Shown here piece after piece: positions 59,155 through 64,000 of a DNA stretch of 64,000 bases; position 1 is the stretch's first letter; each line of letters begins with the position of its first letter. The position numbers and the translations under genes were made by a program. The notes beneath the pieces are model-generated. The model saw nothing but the letters and a program-made list of their open reading frames with translations, ran no database searches and was not told the origin of the DNA. Origin of the DNA: Armatimonadota bacterium (GTDB taxonomy: Bacteria > Armatimonadota > UBA5829 > DSUL01); NCBI GenBank assembly GCA_039811685.1, contig JBDHZC010000002.1, positions 192,001-256,000 on the forward strand, written 5' to 3'.

Positions 59155-60375
59155 TCAGCTCTCGAGGTATTCGCGCAGCTTTCTGTTGCGGTTGGGGTTT
59201 CGCAGCTTCTTGAGAGCTTTCGCCTCAATCTGGCGGATGCGCTCCCTCGTAACCTGAAAGTGCCTGCCCACCTCTTCCAGCGTGCGCGTGTGGCCGTCAT
59301 CAAGCCCAAAGCGCATCTTGAGCACGTCGCGTTCGCGGTCGGTCAGATTGTTGAGCGCCTCTTCGATTTTTTCCCGCAGGATCACCTGCGTGGCCGCGGA
59401 TTGTGGAGAAACAGCGTCGTGGTCTTCGATAAAGTCCGAGAGGTGGCTGTCCTCTTCCTCTCCTATGGGTGTCTCCAGAGACAGTGGCTCGGGCGCTATG
59501 CGCTGAATCTCCATGACACGCTCTGGCGGCATGTCCAACTCGCGCGCCAGCTCTTCTACGGTGGGCTCGCGTCCGAGGTCCTGCAGCATCTGGCTGACCG
59601 TCTTGACCAGGCGGTTGATGGTCTCAACCATATGAACCGGAATGCGAATAGTGCGCCCCTGGTCAGCAATAGCGCGCGTGATAGCCTGGCGAATCCACCA
59701 TGTGGCGTACGTGCTGAACTTGTAGCCCTTCCGATAGTCGAACTTCTCCACGGCGCGGATAAGCCCCAGGTTGCCTTCCTGAATAAGGTCCGGGAAGGAC
59801 AGGCTGCGACCGCTGTAGCGCTTGGCGATGCTGACCACAAGCCGCAGGTTAGCTTCGATCAGGATGTCTTTTGCTTCGTGCTCACCGTTTTCGATACGCT
59901 TGGCGAGCGTAGTCTCCTCACGCATCGTCAACAGCGGAGTTTTTCCGATCTCGCGCAGCCACATCCGCACGCTGTCGTCAACTGGAACGCCTTCGACTTC
60001 CTGAATGTCCTGGTCAGCCTTCGCTGTGATAGCCAGCTTTGCGGCTGCAGTCGGATCGATCGGATCATCCTCACCGGCGGCATGGTGATTGTTGGAGGAT
60101 TCGGCATGGTCGGCAATATGGATGCCCTCATCACGCAGATGCTGCAGCATGTCATCCATCTGGTCGACGTCAACCTCCTCGGACTCGTTCAAAGCGTCGT
60201 TGATCTCGTCCCAGGTCAGTACGCCAGCGCGCACTCCCTGCTCGCGCAGTTTCTTAAATTCTGCCGTTTCCCTTATGTGAGAGTCCAAAGCCACGTTGCC
60301 GATCCCCCTTTCAGGGCTATCCGGGAAAGAGTCTATTCTTGACAAGGGTTGAACCATAACCAACTCAGTGTGCAT
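59155..60375 (-). CDS. rpoD: Primary sigma factor sigma-70
   Basis: Region 1.1, '[12 protein letters not shown]', '[13 protein letters not shown]', '[14 protein letters not shown]', 'TRERIRQIE'; downstream of dnaG. Start uncertain. Confidence 0.96.
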   Translation of the reverse strand: MHTELVMVQPLSRIDSFPDSPERGIGNVALDSHIRETAEFKKLREQGVRAGVLTWDEINDALNESEEVDVDQMDDMLQHLRDEGIHIADHAESSNNHHAAGEDDPIDPTAAAKLAITAKADQDIQEVEGVPVDDSVRMWLREIGKTPLLTMREETTLAKRIENGEHEAKDILIEANLRLVVSIAKRYSGRSLSFPDLIQEGNLGLIRAVEKFDYRKGYKFSTYATWWIRQAITRAIADQGRTIRIPVHMVETINRLVKTVSQMLQDLGREPTVEELARELDMPPERVMEIQRIAPEPLSLETPIGEEEDSHLSDFIEDHDAVSPQSAATQVILREKIEEALNNLTDRERDVLKMRFGLDDGHTRTLEEVGRHFQVTRERIRQIEAKALKKLRNPNRNRKLREYLES

Positions 60376-60499
60376 ACACTCTCCCTGCTGCACATTTCGT
60401 GCCGAAGTAGAGAGAAAAGCCTTTCACCGTTGGGCCGTAAGTCCAAAACCAGTAAACCTACGCGCATCCTGGCCGTCCCCCAGGGACGCAGCCTTTGTT

Positions 60500-62320
60500 T
60501 CAGGAGCGCATCTGACGCTTCAACTCCAGATAGCGCTGGTAGCGCGGGTCATCCCGGCTGAGATCTCCCCGCCTGAGTTGATCCTCCAGGCTTTCCAGAG
60601 TCCTGCGTGTGGCCTCTCGGCCAACACGCGCCACACAATCGTCCACTAAAGCCAGATTCACCGGAGGGTAGTCCGTTCTCACCATTAGCGAACTGGCCAT
60701 CTGAGCTAGCTGCGGGTCAACTCCCTCTTCTCCAAACGCCAGTGAAGATACTTCTTCTCCAACAGCGCGGCGGGTGTAGACTTCCTCAGCCAGCCTTCGG
60801 CCAATGTCAGTCACAAAGGCGTCCGCAGACACAGCCTGCGCAATATAGTCTGCTGTCGATCCCCCTTGAAGCAACTCTCTGAGAAGGATATGCTCTGCCT
60901 TCTCTACCGCGCTCACAGCCCGTGAATCGCCAGATTTGCGTGAACGCTGTGCCAGTTGTCCCGCTGCCTGAGTTGAGGAAGATTCAGAGCGTTGCCGCTC
61001 AGACTTCGTACCCTGACGCATCATCCGCTCAACAGCTTCGCGGATACGCGCCTCGGCCGAGTCTCTTCCTCTGTCAAAGCCAGCGCCCTTGTCAAAGTCC
61101 GCGTGATAGGTCACCAGTTTCAGAATCAGCCGATCACGCTCAAAATCGTTACTCACGCGCGCCAGCAACTGCGCAGCCTGAGCGAGCATGCGACTGCGCT
61201 GTGCGTCGTCGCCCAGATTGAAAAGCGCAAGGAGCGCATCCAGCCGATACTCCGCGCCCGGAACAGCCTCCTCCAGCGCGCGTATGAGTTCCGCCTGCCG
61301 ACCCGCGCCTACCAGACTGTCCGGGTCTTCTTCAGAAGGAAGCTGCGCTATGCGCACATCCAGACCAGCGGCCTCCAGTGCCTCACCGGCTGACACCGCC
61401 GCCTTCCGTCCCGCTGAATCCGAATCCAGACAGACGACAACCTGATCGCACAAATGCTTCAACAGGCTTACGTGCCCGTCACCAAATGCCGTCCCCATGC
61501 ACGCGACTGCTGTCTCAACTCCGGCCCGGTGCGCTGAAATCACGTCAAGAAAGCCTTCCACAAGCACCGCACGCCCGGCGGATTGTATGGCTTTGCGCGC
61601 AAAGCTCAACCCGTACAGTATGTTGGCTTTGTGAAAGACCGGCGTCTCTGGTGAGTTGAGATACTTTGGGCCTTCCGTTCCCATATCTCGCCCACCGAAC
61701 CCGACAATCTGTCCCGCGTGATCCCACACCGGAAACATCAGCCGGTTTCGAAATCTGTCGTAGCAGCTTCCATCCTGACGCCGCCCTACTAATCCCGCTT
61801 TCGCCGCGGCTGCGGAATCTACCTTCTCAGCAGCTAAAAAATGAGATAATCCCTCCCACCCCGGCGGAGCAAACCCTATACCAAACTTCTCAGCAGTTTG
61901 CGCGTCAACGTGGCGGGACTTAACGTAGGAAAGAGCTTCGGCGCTGGCTTTCAGCCTTTCACGGAAGTAGCGCGCGCTGGTGGCAAGCGCCTGCAGTATC
62001 GCTTCCCGCTCATCCGGCCGCGGCCCTCTCGGTCTCTTGTCAAGAGGAACTCCAGTCTTCTCCGAGAGACGCTGCAGAGCTTCCGGAAAGCTCAGGGCCT
62101 CGATCTTCATTAGAAACGTGAAGCAGTCCCCATGCTCCTGACAGCCGAAGCAGTGCCACATCCCCCGCTCCGGGTTGACGTGAAAAGACGGTGTCTTCTC
62201 CTGATGAAACGGGCACAGCCCTTTGAAAGTGACGCCAGTCTTTTGCAGGCGGACATGTTGGGAGATCATGTCCACCAGATCCACCCGCTGCCTTATCTGG
62301 CTTACAACGTCAGACGACAA
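60500..62320 (-). CDS. dnaG: DNA primase
   Basis: CHC2 finger 'CPFHQEKTPSF...CFGC', 'DRFRNRLMFP', 'KYLNSPET', 'VEGFLD', 'DSDSAG', 'DPD'. Confidence 0.97.
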   Translation of the reverse strand: MSSDVVSQIRQRVDLVDMISQHVRLQKTGVTFKGLCPFHQEKTPSFHVNPERGMWHCFGCQEHGDCFTFLMKIEALSFPEALQRLSEKTGVPLDKRPRGPRPDEREAILQALATSARYFRERLKASAEALSYVKSRHVDAQTAEKFGIGFAPPGWEGLSHFLAAEKVDSAAAAKAGLVGRRQDGSCYDRFRNRLMFPVWDHAGQIVGFGGRDMGTEGPKYLNSPETPVFHKANILYGLSFARKAIQSAGRAVLVEGFLDVISAHRAGVETAVACMGTAFGDGHVSLLKHLCDQVVVCLDSDSAGRKAAVSAGEALEAAGLDVRIAQLPSEEDPDSLVGAGRQAELIRALEEAVPGAEYRLDALLALFNLGDDAQRSRMLAQAAQLLARVSNDFERDRLILKLVTYHADFDKGAGFDRGRDSAEARIREAVERMMRQGTKSERQRSESSSTQAAGQLAQRSRKSGDSRAVSAVEKAEHILLRELLQGGSTADYIAQAVSADAFVTDIGRRLAEEVYTRRAVGEEVSSLAFGEEGVDPQLAQMASSLMVRTDYPPVNLALVDDCVARVGREATRRTLESLEDQLRRGDLSRDDPRYQRYLELKRQMRS

Positions 62321-62419
62321 AAGTGAAAATCCTCACCTGCCTGCTCAAGCGCAAAGGCGACAAACCGCCACAGTGCCAATTCCCTGTATCTTTATTTTGC
62401 GCCACTACCTGTCAGATAT

Positions 62420-63052
62420 TCAAGCCCGGCGCGTCGCATTCACAACATACAGCGCCGCCCACTGGGGATCAGCGCTGTCGAAGAGTTCATCTCCATCGAT
62501 GCCAAGAAAGTACTCACACTCAACGTCGCCTCCAAGTGCGATCGCCTTCTCGGTTTGCGAGAGGCTGAGATGTTTGATACTTCTCACATAGGAGCCAGGC
62601 CTGCTCGATTGCTGCTGGAAAAAGCTGGACTGCGGATTGAGAAGCATCGCCACCAGCCTGCCTTCGGGGCGCATCACGCGCCATGCTTCATGGACTGCGG
62701 CTTCGTAATCCTTAATGAATTGCAGTGAAGCAATATAGACAACGGCATCGAAAGAGTTGTCCGAAAGAGGCAGGCTCGCAGCGTCACCGGCAACTGTCCT
62801 GATCTCATCGGGCGCTCTGTCAAGAGCCTGTTGTGAGACATCAACGCCAGTAACCTGGAATCCGCGCTCGCTCAGCAGCTTCTCAATTGCGGCGGGGCCA
62901 CAGCCGACGCTCAGAATATCTCTGCAACCGCACAGCCGTCGCTCCAGATACCGGACTTCTGCTTCAAATACAGCCCGCCAAAAATCAGTCTGGCAAGCCC
63001 TGACGTAGCGTTCGATACTCTCCGTGCTTTCAGGTTCAGACTGGTCCTTCAT
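62420..63052 (-). CDS. Class I SAM-dependent methyltransferase
   Basis: 'ILSVGCGP', 'TGVDVS', 'GDAASLP...SFDAV', 'RVMRPEGRL'; GAGG RBS before ATG 63052. Confidence 0.88.
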   Translation of the reverse strand: MKDQSEPESTESIERYVRACQTDFWRAVFEAEVRYLERRLCGCRDILSVGCGPAAIEKLLSERGFQVTGVDVSQQALDRAPDEIRTVAGDAASLPLSDNSFDAVVYIASLQFIKDYEAAVHEAWRVMRPEGRLVAMLLNPQSSFFQQQSSRPGSYVRSIKHLSLSQTEKAIALGGDVECEYFLGIDGDELFDSADPQWAALYVVNATRRA

Positions 63053-63351
63053 AGTCTCAACCTCTCGGCGACAGGCGGCTCGTGACTCAGTTGAGTGATG
63101 CTGGAGCAATCCGCTGAGATGGACTGATAAGCCCGCCCGCTCTTCGATAACGTAAGACCCGGTCGTATCGGGTTAGGCAGGCGCTGGTCGTGACGCCGAG
63201 CTTAGATCAGTTCGGGACCGGTGTGTGATTGGCTCAAAAGCCACACGCGTGGCCTGCGGCCGGGCCAGTGACCTTGCATCGGCGGCAGACGCCTGCGCAA
63301 GCCTGTGCGCTTTTCTACCGGCACTCCAGAGTCAAAGCACCCAGCGCGCTG

Positions 63352-63999
63352 CTACTCAACCAGAGCGACAGACACTCCAACCACACGCCCGGCCAGCAGC
63401 GTGAAAGCTACGTGTGCGCGCTCGGAATAATCCATCACGAGAGTGCCATCCGGGTTGGAGCGCTGCGCTTGTGGATAACCATATCTGGCCACAACCTGCC
63501 TGTAAGTCGCGCCCACACCGATACCGCGCTTCGTGCGCGCTGGAGACCACGGCCAGGGAGCAAACGCGTCAATCTGCTCAACCAGGCCCTTGTAGCCGAC
63601 GGTGAAGATCAGCGACGGGCCGGTTGGATAGTCGTAGTAGAGCTTGGTAATCGGGCGCTGCACTACCGGTTGTGCCTGCCCGAAGGCTTCCTGACCTGGA
63701 AGGACACCTCCCGGAGGCGCAAATCCGGCTCCGGGCGCGGGCTGTTGCGTACCTGCGCCGAAGAGCCCGCCAATCACATTGCCAAGCGCTCCACCCAGCT
63801 CCGCCGGGCCACCAGGGCTCATGCCACCAGGCGCTCCCATAACGCTGCCGGGTGGCTGAGCGGGAAGTCCAAAGTTCTGAGGCTGCGGAAGTCCTTCCAG
63901 TCCCGGAGCCCCTGGCGTCCCCGGCTGGCTCTGTGAGACAGTCGCACTGGCGTCCACGCGGCTGGGATTGCCGTACTTGGACACGACCTGAGTGGCTGG
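63352..63999 (-). CDS. Hypothetical protein with Pro/Gly-rich linker; 5' end is outside the window
   Basis: Frame is open to the window edge; two related segments 'ATQVVSKYGNP' and 'ATYRQVVARYGYP' flank a P/G/Q-rich tract. Confidence 0.7.
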   Translation of the reverse strand, partial: PATQVVSKYGNPSRVDASATVSQSQPGTPGAPGLEGLPQPQNFGLPAQPPGSVMGAPGGMSPGGPAELGGALGNVIGGLFGAGTQQPAPGAGFAPPGGVLPGQEAFGQAQPVVQRPITKLYYDYPTGPSLIFTVGYKGLVEQIDAFAPWPWSPARTKRGIGVGATYRQVVARYGYPQAQRSNPDGTLVMDYSERAHVAFTLLAGRVVGVSVALVE

Positions 64000-64000
64000 A

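Noticed and set aside
63052..63150. SAM-I riboswitch
   Set aside because: Only the first TTATC..AAGAG-like bases match; GCAACC, GTGC and the closing AGAT(A/G)A helix are not in place.
1..64000. CRISPR arrays, tRNA/rRNA genes, IS elements, prophage or defence genes
   Set aside because: No regularly spaced repeats, cloverleafs, or transposase, integrase or nuclease motifs were seen by eye.

Overview
A GC-rich bacterial chromosomal window of mostly housekeeping and core-accessory genes. The style of the gene content suggests Armatimonadota, but that is inference. In order it holds: the tail of an M16 peptidase; a multi-GAF PP2C phosphatase followed by a fused STAS + RsbW-type kinase; a sulfatase; cdaA-cdaR-glmM followed by about 660 bp of structured non-coding DNA; an unusual two-gene sugar ABC importer; a PiT/DUF47 phosphate module; a rearranged flagellar hook/motor cluster; hisF-hisI; an epimerase-prs-yjbQ operon; an AttEFH-like ABC/lipocalin trio; cysK; a PyrR-attenuated pyr operon lacking pyrE; lipB; yebC; and dnaG-rpoD-glnE-nadE-Nudix. 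I saw no rRNA, tRNA, CRISPR array, transposase or integrase. The strongest leads are: (1) an ABC permease whose roughly 400-aa extracytoplasmic loop is five tandem copies of a GH42 beta-galactosidase-like helical motif, paired with a solute-binding-protein/permease fusion; (2) a flagellar cluster with sigma-28-like promoters in which the MotA-like, CheX-like and nearby STAS proteins each lack their canonical functional residues, with no motB present; (3) a candidate ncRNA locus after glmM; (4) a single-chain anti-anti-sigma/anti-sigma fusion. All calls come from recognising motifs by eye; no database searches or folding programs were run.
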